From: Candidatus Iainarchaeum sp.
Lineage (GTDB): Archaea; Iainarchaeota; Iainarchaeia; Iainarchaeales; VGJJ01
Direction: 5' to 3'
Length of the DNA stretch: 32,000 bases
Assembly: GCA_030688545.1 (NCBI GenBank)
Contig: JAUYHT010000008.1
Span: forward strand, 1-32,000
A program made the position numbers and the translations under genes. This document shows positions 1 to 8,829 of the stretch, piece by piece (position 1 is the first letter of the stretch; each line of letters begins with the position of its first letter). The notes beneath the pieces were generated by a model. The model made no database searches and was not told the origin of the DNA. It was given only the letters and a program-made list of their open reading frames with translations.

Positions 1-48
1 ATGACACCGAATGGCACAATGACCTCAATAAACGCATTCGAACTCTAG
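1..48 (+). CDS. 3' end of an unidentified CDS entering from the left edge (...MTPNGTMTSINAFEL*)
   Basis: Frame 1 is open from base 1 to TAG at 46-48. Too short to identify. Confidence 0.2.
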   Translation: MTPNGTMTSINAFEL

Positions 49-180
49 AGGCGTGGGTTAAAACGCAGAAAGGACAAATCGTAATCATGGCAGCCGTCGA
101 ATCAATTGTCTTGAGCGCGGCGGTTAGCTACTTTCTATGACTATCACACTCTACAACACAGTGGAGAGGGGGAATCTTCT

Positions 181-450
181 ATGGAAGACCGAATTAGTAT
201 AATGCTGGCCGGACTTTTTGGTGGAGCTATTGCTGGTTTCAGCTGTGCCGCAAAAAATGTTGGTCCAGGAGAAGTTTTCGACTGGCGAAAGTTTTTGCCC
301 GCAATGGTATGGGGCGCTTTCCTCGGACTAATTGCTGCCGGTGCCGGATTAAACACGAACGAACTCGAAACAACGGGATTCTCATTCGTGGCATATACGT
401 TCCTAAATAACATATACAAGGGTATCAAATCCTGGCTTGAAAGACGGTAA
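181..450 (+). CDS. Small hypothetical membrane protein (89 aa, 2-3 Gly/Ala-rich TM segments)
   Basis: ORF track. Hydrophobic G/A-rich stretches (LAGLFGGAIAGF, AMVWGAFLGLIAAGAG). Preferred over the fully overlapping antisense ORF 144-428. Confidence 0.45.
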   Translation: MEDRISIMLAGLFGGAIAGFSCAAKNVGPGEVFDWRKFLPAMVWGAFLGLIAAGAGLNTNELETTGFSFVAYTFLNNIYKGIKSWLERR

Positions 451-518
451 AACTTTTCTAATTCCAGGATTAGGGCATTCTACAACAGGAATGACCCTTT
501 CCTGATATTTTTCAGTTA

Positions 519-2711
519 TCATCTGAAGGAAAGAAAGTCCCACTTCTCTCCAAGATTTTTTTCATTGAATTCATAATTCTTGCCACCATTGTAGCGGCAG
601 CTTCCATCTTTGAATACAACAATGCCACCATATAGCTTCTTTGAATGCTTTGTATTCTGAGTATCAATATACTTTCGCAGCGCTTCTGCTTTTTCTTTGG
701 CATCTTCTGCAGTGCGACCGCCTTTAGTATCAAATAAACCTATTCGACCATCTTTCATCTGCACAATAAAGTCAACGTAGAAGGAGCGCTCAATGCCCTT
801 AATGTCAGCGTAGGGTATCGCAAAATATTTTATCCCGTTATCTCCGTTTTTGTACCACCATTTAACTTTATTATTATGATCTTCCAGTAGCCCAATAAAA
901 TCCTCTTCGGGTTTTGATTCTTTCCCAGCATAGAATGGTTTCATAATAGATTTGTTCATTGGTTTTTCTTTGAACTTGCTCGTATAACTGATCAGTAACG
1001 GAACGTTCCAAACGAAATGTTTTTTCTCTTTCTTATCCATGACTTTTTCAACGACTTCAAGCCAATATTTTTCTTTTGCTTTGTTCAGTTGGTCGATAAA
1101 AGTTGGGTTATTTTCTTTGCTTAGGATAATCCTCTGCGCAGTTGTATAGTCCAGTATATTGAGTTTATTCTCAAAAAATTTGTATAGCGATGTCTTGATT
1201 ACACGCATTGAGTCAGCCGGAGCGAAAGGGGAAGCTATCAACTTAAGGAATGAGTCAAAGCGTTCTTGTAGCTCACGCTCAGAAATTGCAATTTCTAATT
1301 CGCCACCGTGTTTAACATCCTGAACTTTATCTAATTTTTCAATTTTCCCATCTACTAATATCTCGTTTACCAAGGCAGTTGGTTTCATATTTAACTTTTT
1401 GCTCAATCTATCCTCATTTACAGTATCTTGAAATATACGGGTAAATTCTCCAGAAAGTCGTGTTTTTTCGCGGGCTCTCTTCAAATAAACTGATTGTAGA
1501 TCAACTGGGTTATACAAATCAGTCCTTCGTTTTGCTTCTAACACAGTAATGTAATCTTTCGCAATACCCTCAGCTATTTTTATCTCAGATAAATTAGTGA
1601 ATACATACCCTTTATTCAGACCCTCGCTTTCATAATGGCGCGCTTCAGGCATACGCATGATACGACCAATCGTCTGAATCGAAAAAGTAATACTTTTCCA
1701 GTCACGAAATAGGATAAGAATTGCTGCTCTTGGACAATCCCATCCGAGCGCAATAGCTTGTTTGAATATCATTACCTCAGTTTCATTTTCATTCTTTTCA
1801 ATGTTCTCTAAATTTATCTTATTGTCCTTTTCGGAAAGATATATAGCGAGTTTTCGGTTTTCGGTTGTTATTCCTTGATTTCGAAGAATTGCAATAACAT
1901 CATCCTTCTTGTCATTTGATCCTTGCCGGCTATCCGGAATTTGAATTAAGATCAATGGGTTAACTGCTGAACCTTCACTTCTATATTGCTTCACTAACTC
2001 GGCCTGTTTTTCTAAAGCACACTGAATGACAAACTCATCTGCACTTTTCATGCCGACTTTTTTCTGATCTATTTCAGGATTTATCTGTACTTCATTTTTT
2101 ATCATGCCTTCTTCTTTGACATCTTGAAAATCAACTTCAACTTTGGCATTGATATTTGTTATCTGGGGGGTAGCAGAAACTTCTATTGTAACTTTTGGAT
2201 TAATTAGCTCAATTACTTCTAAAGATTTTGGCGCTTTAGCGCTATGATGACTTTCATCAATAACCAATAAAATATCTCGACCGTTTTCTTTTGTATTTTC
2301 CACAATTTTCGATAAATTATTGTCATACTCATTTTCTCTTATGTAAATATTATCCGCTTTATTGATACTTTGCCAATTGAAAAATAGGATCTCATTTCTT
2401 CCGATCATTCGATCTTCAAGATCTTCGAAATCGGAGCACTTTAATATGCGAGTGTCTTCAAAATAACGCTCGAGTTTGTCCTTGCTTTGGTTATGTAATT
2501 GGTTAACTGAAATCCAAATGAATGCTAAATCTTTCTTTTTCTCTTTTGAAACTGCCAAGCGTTTCAAGAACTCCGCCATCATTATTGTCTTTCCCGATCC
2601 AGTAGGAGCATCAAACACGCAAATTTTGCTCTCAGTGTAGTTGAGTAAGTCACTCACTTCGGCGAAAAGCTTCTTAACAGCTTTTTCTTGATAATCCTTA
2701 AGAGTAATCAT
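519..2711 (-). CDS. res: Type III restriction enzyme Res subunit (SF2 helicase plus C-terminal PD-(D/E)xK nuclease)
   Basis: Helicase motifs: I DAPTGSGKT, II VIDESHH, III SATP, VI QTIGRIMR. C-terminal nuclease-like YVDF...FDTKGG. Lies immediately downstream of mod and overlaps it. ATG at 2711 (MITLKDYQEKAV) follows a GGAG ~11 nt upstream; the longer ORF start at 2735 has no such signal. Confidence 0.85.
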   Translation of the reverse strand: MITLKDYQEKAVKKLFAEVSDLLNYTESKICVFDAPTGSGKTIMMAEFLKRLAVSKEKKKDLAFIWISVNQLHNQSKDKLERYFEDTRILKCSDFEDLEDRMIGRNEILFFNWQSINKADNIYIRENEYDNNLSKIVENTKENGRDILLVIDESHHSAKAPKSLEVIELINPKVTIEVSATPQITNINAKVEVDFQDVKEEGMIKNEVQINPEIDQKKVGMKSADEFVIQCALEKQAELVKQYRSEGSAVNPLILIQIPDSRQGSNDKKDDVIAILRNQGITTENRKLAIYLSEKDNKINLENIEKNENETEVMIFKQAIALGWDCPRAAILILFRDWKSITFSIQTIGRIMRMPEARHYESEGLNKGYVFTNLSEIKIAEGIAKDYITVLEAKRRTDLYNPVDLQSVYLKRAREKTRLSGEFTRIFQDTVNEDRLSKKLNMKPTALVNEILVDGKIEKLDKVQDVKHGGELEIAISERELQERFDSFLKLIASPFAPADSMRVIKTSLYKFFENKLNILDYTTAQRIILSKENNPTFIDQLNKAKEKYWLEVVEKVMDKKEKKHFVWNVPLLISYTSKFKEKPMNKSIMKPFYAGKESKPEEDFIGLLEDHNNKVKWWYKNGDNGIKYFAIPYADIKGIERSFYVDFIVQMKDGRIGLFDTKGGRTAEDAKEKAEALRKYIDTQNTKHSKKLYGGIVVFKDGSCRYNGGKNYEFNEKNLGEKWDFLSFR

Positions 2712-4488
2712 ATTTGAATATTCTCCTATAAACATGCAAAATTACTTCAGGAATTGGCCGTAGTTTCACGCGAGACTTTATTGACTTGAATTCGCTTTCT
2801 GGTACGGAATCGTCAAACGAAAACACGTAAACATTAAACTTTCCGGGAATTTTTTGAACCTCCTTTACAAAATCGCCAATTTTCTCTTCATCGAAAATAA
2901 TTCCCATGAATGTTTTGGGGCTCTTGAAAATTTTGAATCCGTCTTTTTCAAGAACTGGCGAAAAAGAGTTCTCCTTTAAACAAAGCATTTCGGTTGACTT
3001 TTCTACTATTTTACGCTTATTAGCATCAGTTGGCGAAGAATCAACAAAATCAGTTTTGAAATATTTTAGATTTCCGCCTAAGCCATTTATCTTTGAGCCC
3101 TTTAAGTTAGTATAACCTTTAATGGCTTTTTTCATCCTCGGTAAACAAACATCTGTGCAAATATTGCTCTCATTGTTAGTGCAAAGAATGAATTTTCTAT
3201 TTCCACCATCTTGTTTATTCAACTCTAAAACGGCGTGACCGGTTGTTCCAGAGCCAGCAAAAAAATCAAGAATGAGGGGGGACTTTTTTGCAGTGTTTTT
3301 CAGCAAATATTCAATCAATATCGTTGGCTTAGGGTAATTAAAAATCGCTTTGCCCCCATCTTCACCAAATATATCTCTTATTTCTCGAGTTCCATCTTGT
3401 GTGTAAAACATGTTATAGAGAACAGAGCGCATTATCTTTGTCCTTTCTTTGCCAAACGCGTTCAAGAATTGCTTGACCATCGGACGATAGTAGTAGCCAC
3501 GTTGATCCTTTTCTTTCTTGCAATTTATTTTATGCCAAACAATGGTTTTATTCTCAAATTCTTCTTTGGCCCTACTTTCACTAAATCTCCATTGATATCT
3601 CCCACCTTTTGGCCTAATCTCTTTTCCGTCAGGATCTTTTATGGGGTAATACATCGTGCGAATTGGAGTCGGAATGGACTGTTCTAAATCCTTGAGTTTA
3701 TACACCCCGCGAGAATCGTTATCTGGATTTTTGTAAGATTTTAATTCATCTTCGGTAAGTGCCTCTTCGAACCGTTGAATAAACTGAATGTTTTTAGCAT
3801 ACACCAAAACGTATTCGTGGTCTACTACAAACGCTTCTTTCTTCAGGACTTCCTCTGTCGGTTTATTTGGATTTTGCTTACCGCCGCCACCAGCCTTATT
3901 TTTCCAAATCAACATCCCGACATAGTTTTCTGCATTAAATACATCATCACACAATAGCTTAAGCTGCGCTTGCTCGGCGTCATTTATAGAAATAAACATC
4001 ACGCCATCTTTTTTGAGCAAATTTTTTGCTAATCGCAATCTTTTGCTCATGAAGGAAAGCCATTTACTATGGCGGTAGGAATCTTCATCATCAACAATTT
4101 TGTTATTGTAGATGAACTTATCGCCAGTTCCGCTATTGTATGGCGGATCAATATAGATAATATCAACCGACTCGCTATGCGTAAAATTCAGAACAGCTAA
4201 GGCATGATAGTTATCACCTTCAATCAGGACATTGCTCTCAATTGCTTGATTAGTAACAACATCATTACTGAGAATTGACTTCAAAACTGGGAATTTGTGG
4301 TTCGCGTCGGTAAAAGTTTCCTTAGTTTTTATTCCGTCCCAGTTGATGTAATAGTCAAATTTTTCTTTTATTTTATCCTGTTCCCAGACTAATCCATAGG
4401 TTTTTTGTTTCCGCAGCGCTTCAATTTCCTTTACTAAGTCTTCTCTTGTCCAACCGTTATAATCCCCATTTTTTCCACCCATACCCAT
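2698..4488 (-). CDS. mod: Type III R-M Mod subunit, beta-class N6-adenine/N4-cytosine DNA methyltransferase
   Basis: Catalytic motif IV IIYIDPPYNSG precedes the SAM-binding motif I LDFFAGSGTTGHAV (beta permutation). mod-res order with a 14-nt overlap is canonical for Type III systems. Confidence 0.85.
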   Translation of the reverse strand: MGMGGKNGDYNGWTREDLVKEIEALRKQKTYGLVWEQDKIKEKFDYYINWDGIKTKETFTDANHKFPVLKSILSNDVVTNQAIESNVLIEGDNYHALAVLNFTHSESVDIIYIDPPYNSGTGDKFIYNNKIVDDEDSYRHSKWLSFMSKRLRLAKNLLKKDGVMFISINDAEQAQLKLLCDDVFNAENYVGMLIWKNKAGGGGKQNPNKPTEEVLKKEAFVVDHEYVLVYAKNIQFIQRFEEALTEDELKSYKNPDNDSRGVYKLKDLEQSIPTPIRTMYYPIKDPDGKEIRPKGGRYQWRFSESRAKEEFENKTIVWHKINCKKEKDQRGYYYRPMVKQFLNAFGKERTKIMRSVLYNMFYTQDGTREIRDIFGEDGGKAIFNYPKPTILIEYLLKNTAKKSPLILDFFAGSGTTGHAVLELNKQDGGNRKFILCTNNESNICTDVCLPRMKKAIKGYTNLKGSKINGLGGNLKYFKTDFVDSSPTDANKRKIVEKSTEMLCLKENSFSPVLEKDGFKIFKSPKTFMGIIFDEEKIGDFVKEVQKIPGKFNVYVFSFDDSVPESEFKSIKSRVKLRPIPEVILHVYRRIFKYDYS

Positions 4489-4630
4489 AGTGCAGTATTT
4501 TCGGGTATTTTAATGATTCGAAAGAAGCCAACGTTTTGAGACGTTTACAAAAGATGACTTTATTTAGCGCAAAATTTACTCCAAAAACGATGACCAATTT
4601 ATATATACCCCACTACTAAAATCTTCTCAA

Positions 4631-5614
4631 ATGACATCAAACCTCAAAGATGACATAATGAATTGGCTAACGGACCGGGACTATAATCACAAATTACGTG
4701 GGATGAAGTTGCTGCAGGATCTGACAATAGCTGTCGTTCTCCTGATTTTATTCTTTGCAATTTTCCCATTTGCCGCTCAATTAAACCAAGACCCAGTAAT
4801 CTTCTTCAGAATTGGGGCAGTAATTTTATTGGCAATATTATTCTTTTCTCTTAAATTTTTTCATAAGTCCTACCGCAATGCAGCTTATGGATTCAAAGGA
4901 GCACCAAATTTTGTAAAGGTGTTGCTCCTAATCTTCGTGCTACTTGGGGCACTCTATCTATTCCAAAATCAAAAAATAGTTGGCGGAATATTTAATGAAA
5001 AAAACAAAGATGAATTAATTGACAAACTAAATCCAATCTATTTTTCGAATACAATAACTGCCAAGAACAACTCATCCTCATTAGTTAGTACATCAGATAG
5101 CCATCCAGGATTAGCTGAATATGTTGGTGGAACTATCAGCACAGCTCAAGAGGTACAGCAAGAGTTATTTCCACCACCCAATATCGATGAAATTGAAAAG
5201 ATAGTCTTTGAAAAAACAAACGCATTGAGGGGCAAAAAGCTCATTTGGAGCCCTAAACTGGCACAAATGGCCCGAGCGCATAGCCAGGATATGGCACAAA
5301 GAAAATACTTTGCCCACGATTCTCCCGAAGGATTGAGCCCATCTGATCGAGCCAAAAAGATTGGACTTAGTGAATATGGAATAGCAGAAAATATCGCTCA
5401 AGCACAGTACGGAAGCCTCTACTGCGGAGACAACCCCGTTATGACCGTTTCAAACGATGAAGATGTGGCCACGTGCGCAGTAAATGCATGGATAAAAAGC
5501 CCAGGCCATTACGCTAACATGATCGATCCCGAATTTGTTGAAATTGGGGTCGGAGTCGCATACGATGGAGAAGAGTTCTATCTAACTCAAAACTTTAGAG
5601 TACCTTACGACTGA
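4631..5614 (+). CDS. Multi-TM membrane protein with C-terminal CAP/SCP/PR1-like (YkwD-type) domain
   Basis: N-terminal hydrophobic helices. C-terminal AHSQDMAQRKYFAHDSPEG...ENIAQ...WIKSPGHYANMIDPEFVEIGVGVA matches the CAP-domain signature. TTTATATATA box ~28 nt upstream of the ATG suggests a leaderless transcript. Confidence 0.7.
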   Translation: MTSNLKDDIMNWLTDRDYNHKLRGMKLLQDLTIAVVLLILFFAIFPFAAQLNQDPVIFFRIGAVILLAILFFSLKFFHKSYRNAAYGFKGAPNFVKVLLLIFVLLGALYLFQNQKIVGGIFNEKNKDELIDKLNPIYFSNTITAKNNSSSLVSTSDSHPGLAEYVGGTISTAQEVQQELFPPPNIDEIEKIVFEKTNALRGKKLIWSPKLAQMARAHSQDMAQRKYFAHDSPEGLSPSDRAKKIGLSEYGIAENIAQAQYGSLYCGDNPVMTVSNDEDVATCAVNAWIKSPGHYANMIDPEFVEIGVGVAYDGEEFYLTQNFRVPYD

Positions 5615-5619
5615 ATTTA

Positions 5620-6132
5620 TCACAAAAATCCACTTCTTTTTAGCTGATCGCGCGCTGGATTCTTCGGATGATTCATAAATATATTCTCTAACTGAAAGAA
5701 AGCATTTTTTCCATTTTCAACCACTTCGCGCGCAAGCGTACGAACACGCTCATCAATTTCTTTTTGAGTCTTGTATTTATCCCACCAACTATTCTCACGA
5801 TCAAAAAGAAGATTGTACTCTCCATGAATTTCGTGGGCCATTACATTCCTATCATTTTTGAACACAATTATGCTCTCATTCAACGTATCAGGGATATCTC
5901 CTTTTTGATGAAGGAAATTCAAATGCTCTTTACCACTAACTGGCTTCCCACTTGGATGTTGTGTTTTACGCTCTCCATATAGGGCCGACATGTAGAGTAG
6001 ATTGTTGTCGATAAAAGCATCAGCGATTGCAGCAGCCTCAACAAAATAGCCTTTCTCTAATGGATCATCAATTTGATCCGAGTTTGTAGCAAGGCCATAC
6101 GCTTTTGGTGGGTGAAATATTACTTTGCGCAT
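5620..6132 (-). CDS. Hypothetical cytoplasmic protein, HEPN-like (RNVMAH = Rx4H motif)
   Basis: 170-aa helical-looking protein with no signal peptide or TM segment. FKNDRNVMAHEIHG at aa 91-104 fits the HEPN Rx4-6H motif, with a polar residue after the Arg. Last gene of a co-directional 4-gene cluster. Confidence 0.4.
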   Translation of the reverse strand: MRKVIFHPPKAYGLATNSDQIDDPLEKGYFVEAAAIADAFIDNNLLYMSALYGERKTQHPSGKPVSGKEHLNFLHQKGDIPDTLNESIIVFKNDRNVMAHEIHGEYNLLFDRENSWWDKYKTQKEIDERVRTLAREVVENGKNAFFQLENIFMNHPKNPARDQLKRSGFL

Positions 6133-6150
6133 ATGAAATACACAATCGAA

Positions 6151-6681
6151 TTATGCAGGAATTACGACATCTCTTCCAGTTGCCGGGCCGCATTCTTCGC
6201 TTGTTTGAGCATTATCTCCAGTGACAATAAACTTCACGTCGCCCCCACCCCAATAGCTTTCTTCATGCCAGTCAAATGTTTTTTCTACCGTTGAATGCGC
6301 AGTAATTGTCCCAACCGGATAAATCTTTGAAGTTCCGTAATGCCATTTTATTTCCTGACTAACCTTTTCCATATCCGTCTTGATTGTCACAACCACATTT
6401 TGTATATCTGCATCATTTGAATTTTTGAAAAGCATTTTGATTGTATAGCTGTGCTTGATTTGACCATAACCGGACTGCTCTTCTGTTCCATTTACAGAGT
6501 CTGATGGAAAAATGCATTCAAGAATTGGAAGCGATGGTTCATTTTTTGGAATAGGATTGTTATCTTCAATTTGTTGCACTGTTTGCTGGGGGGCTTGCTG
6601 AGGAATATTTTCCTGGACTGTTGAATTAACACATCCAACTGAGAGAATCACTAAAAAGAGTGCTCCCAAAAGCAATTTCAT
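6151..6681 (-). CDS. Putative lipoprotein / secreted beta-rich protein
   Basis: N-terminus MKLLLGALFLVILSVGC looks like a signal peptide with a lipobox-like Cys, followed by a Q/P-rich linker. Its start overlaps the stop of the upstream gene (6678-6681). Confidence 0.6.
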   Translation of the reverse strand: MKLLLGALFLVILSVGCVNSTVQENIPQQAPQQTVQQIEDNNPIPKNEPSLPILECIFPSDSVNGTEEQSGYGQIKHSYTIKMLFKNSNDADIQNVVVTIKTDMEKVSQEIKWHYGTSKIYPVGTITAHSTVEKTFDWHEESYWGGGDVKFIVTGDNAQTSEECGPATGRDVVIPA

Positions 6682-7871
6682 TCGGAAACACCATTGATCG
6701 CTTCTTCAAAATAGGGATATTGATATGCCCCTACGATGAACTTTGTTCCTTTAGTTCCTCGAATAAAGAATGAAGGTGTTCCTTCAACTCCTGCATCGAT
6801 TCCAACATCGTAATCGGCAGATATTACATCATCGTATTTTCTGCTTTCATAGCAGGTAGAAAACTGCCCCTGATCCAATCCCAATGATTCTGCCAAGGAG
6901 TAGAATTTTGCTTGGTTAAATGTCGGATAATTTTTGTATAAGAGGTCATGCATTTCCCAGAATTTTCCCTGTTCAGCTGCGCATTCAGCCGCATTTGCAG
7001 CTATTACTGCATTGTCATGAAAGCTCAAAGGAAAATGGGCAAATGCGAATCTTGCCTTTCCCGTGTCGATATACGTGGATTTAATTTTTGGCCAGGTATT
7101 CGAGTAAAAGTTATTGTTGAACGTATCGTCAAAATCGCCAAACTGCACAATCCACATCTGAGCATTTTCGTTCCCGATCCAATGGCCCGAGATGGATTTT
7201 ATATTCAAAACTTGGTCTTCGACAATAATTTGGTTCTCATTTGTTTCTCGCTTTTCGGTTTCAGCAATTTGCTTATCAATCGCGTTGATGATCGCATCAT
7301 ACGCATTGATGAGTGTTAAAACGCCTAATTCGGTTCGATGTTGAATTTTATCCGCTATCTCTTTAGCGGTCACAAAATTACCCCTATTCTCTTTCATCTC
7401 GGCAATATAGTTTTCCTTGTCTTCTTGAGAAAAACTAAGACTCGTATACTTTTCATTCAGAGAAATTTTTAGATCCTGTTCAATTCCGATAAAGAAGTAA
7501 TCGAGGGAGCGGTAATAGGTGTTCATGTCGGCCTTTAGCGATTGGTCATAGAAGGGGGCATTCGTTACTTTCGCTAATTGTATTTCAGCCTCCCGGAAGC
7601 CGTTTTTTACTCTTGGAAGGAGATCAAGAGCATCCGAATAGTCACCCTGCTCATACTTGCCGATTAAGCGTCCAAACTCATAATTAGCATTTTCCTCATA
7701 GGCTACCGCAGTTCCATAATCCTTAAACGATTGTAAGAGTGCCGTATTTTGAGCTTCGACATCTTTCAGATCTGAAGAAGCAGAAAAATATTGATAGGCG
7801 AAAATGGCTGCAACGATGACCAAAATTCCAATGGCTGCCAAATAGAGTACCTTTGATTCTTGACCTTTCAT
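6678..7871 (-). CDS. Membrane-anchored DsbA-family thioredoxin-fold protein lacking the CxxC active site
   Basis: Single N-terminal TM segment, then a ~200-aa helical ectodomain. The C-terminal domain matches the DsbA/Thioredoxin_4 pattern (IVQFGDF....F...TGKARFAFAHFPL..H..A..AA.AAECAAEQGKFWEMHDLLY...VEGTPSFFIRG). The position that is normally CPxC reads DDTF. Confidence 0.7.
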   Translation of the reverse strand: MKGQESKVLYLAAIGILVIVAAIFAYQYFSASSDLKDVEAQNTALLQSFKDYGTAVAYEENANYEFGRLIGKYEQGDYSDALDLLPRVKNGFREAEIQLAKVTNAPFYDQSLKADMNTYYRSLDYFFIGIEQDLKISLNEKYTSLSFSQEDKENYIAEMKENRGNFVTAKEIADKIQHRTELGVLTLINAYDAIINAIDKQIAETEKRETNENQIIVEDQVLNIKSISGHWIGNENAQMWIVQFGDFDDTFNNNFYSNTWPKIKSTYIDTGKARFAFAHFPLSFHDNAVIAANAAECAAEQGKFWEMHDLLYKNYPTFNQAKFYSLAESLGLDQGQFSTCYESRKYDDVISADYDVGIDAGVEGTPSFFIRGTKGTKFIVGAYQYPYFEEAINGVSE

Positions 7872-8278
7872 TTCTTGTCCCCCTTTACACCTATTTTATA
7901 ATCACCGGCATATTTTTTTCCAAAAAAATACATGCCTCCAATTAGAACTACTCCAATAAGACTCCAAACAAAAAAGCCGGAGAGGGCAACTAAAGCGGCC
8001 TCACCCCAGCGCTGTTGAGCACCCAGCCAATAGTTCAACTTAAACAGCAAAACAAGGGCAATGATTGAGAAGGCGAGTAAAAGGACCTTTTCAACAATCC
8101 AAAGCATGTCCGGAGAAAGCTCAATGTACCCCGAATATTTTACAAGCCCGAGCAAGACGGAGTATACAGCAAAGGCAATAATCACAGGGATGTATGTCCA
8201 AAGAAATGGATGGCTGAACCTCTCCATATCGGCCTTCGCATATGCGGGGCCTTTACCGAATAAGCTGTTCAGATTCAT
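7868..8278 (-). CDS. Hypothetical integral membrane protein (3-4 TM segments, no cysteines)
   Basis: ORF track; strongly hydrophobic segments. Its stop overlaps the start of the DsbA-like gene (ATGA at 7868-7871). Confidence 0.6.
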   Translation of the reverse strand: MNLNSLFGKGPAYAKADMERFSHPFLWTYIPVIIAFAVYSVLLGLVKYSGYIELSPDMLWIVEKVLLLAFSIIALVLLFKLNYWLGAQQRWGEAALVALSGFFVWSLIGVVLIGGMYFFGKKYAGDYKIGVKGDKK

Positions 8279-8353
8279 TTTTTGTTATCCTTCCAAAATC
8301 GTACATAATGGGCATATTTAAGGATTGGTTCTGGCCGCTAAGTCTTTACGGCG

Positions 8354-8608
8354 ATGTCGCGGGACCGATCAAAGGTATATAAAGAAATGAGCTGGAAGCA
8401 TGTTATGAGCATAGTAGAAAAGGTGGCTATCATCGTTATTGCAGGGTTGGCCTTCTGGGGCATTTCCGGCTTTGCAAAAGATTTCTTGATAGATAGTGGG
8501 TGGAAAGCATCCGATGCTTCATTTCCCGCCCTGCTAATTGCATTGGGCTTTCTAATTGTGGTTGGTGGCGGAACGCACCTTGTTCTAAATTTATTTGGAA
8601 ATAAGTGA
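8354..8608 (+). CDS. Small hypothetical membrane protein (84 aa, 2 TM segments)
   Basis: ORF track; two hydrophobic helices. Divergent from the 7868-8278 operon. Confidence 0.5.
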   Translation: MSRDRSKVYKEMSWKHVMSIVEKVAIIVIAGLAFWGISGFAKDFLIDSGWKASDASFPALLIALGFLIVVGGGTHLVLNLFGNK

Positions 8609-8633
8609 CTTTTCTGTATTCATCGAACTCAAA

Positions 8634-8757
8634 AGAGGCAGTCTTAAATCTTTAGCGCACGTAAAAGTCTATACAAAAGTCCAGAAAAGAAAACGCTCTT
8701 CAACACGAAGTTCTAATCACGGCCCCCGCTTATAACTTACAGTTGAAACGCGGTTTT
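8634..8757 (+). repeat. Structured intergenic repeat, copy A (conserved 5' module plus 68-nt imperfect hairpin at 8690-8757)
   Basis: 8634-8731 aligns with 10229-10325 at roughly 85-90% identity by eye. Hairpin arms are aaaacgctcttcaac and gttgaaacgcggtttt, with inner pairing aagtt/aactt. The loop contains ggcccccgc. Confidence 0.8.
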
Positions 8758-8829
8758 GCAGACCTGTTGAAATTTTTGATTTGTTTTCAGTATGGGAACG
8801 GTTTTATTCTTGAGGCGTTCATTTTGATT

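Noticed and set aside
31-180. Possible degenerate fourth copy of the structured repeat at the window start
   Set aside because: Only short ordered matches exist: cgaactc, agaggc, ttaaa, and ctctacaacac versus ctcttcaacac. There are large gaps, no ggcccccgc block and no convincing hairpin. The first part also overlaps the end of a CDS. The evidence is insufficient.
144-428. 94-aa minus-strand ORF overlapping the 181-450 gene
   Set aside because: It overlaps the plus-strand ORF completely. Its product is Pro/Ser/Ala-rich without clear features, whereas the plus-strand product has coherent TM helices. The choice is still only moderately confident.
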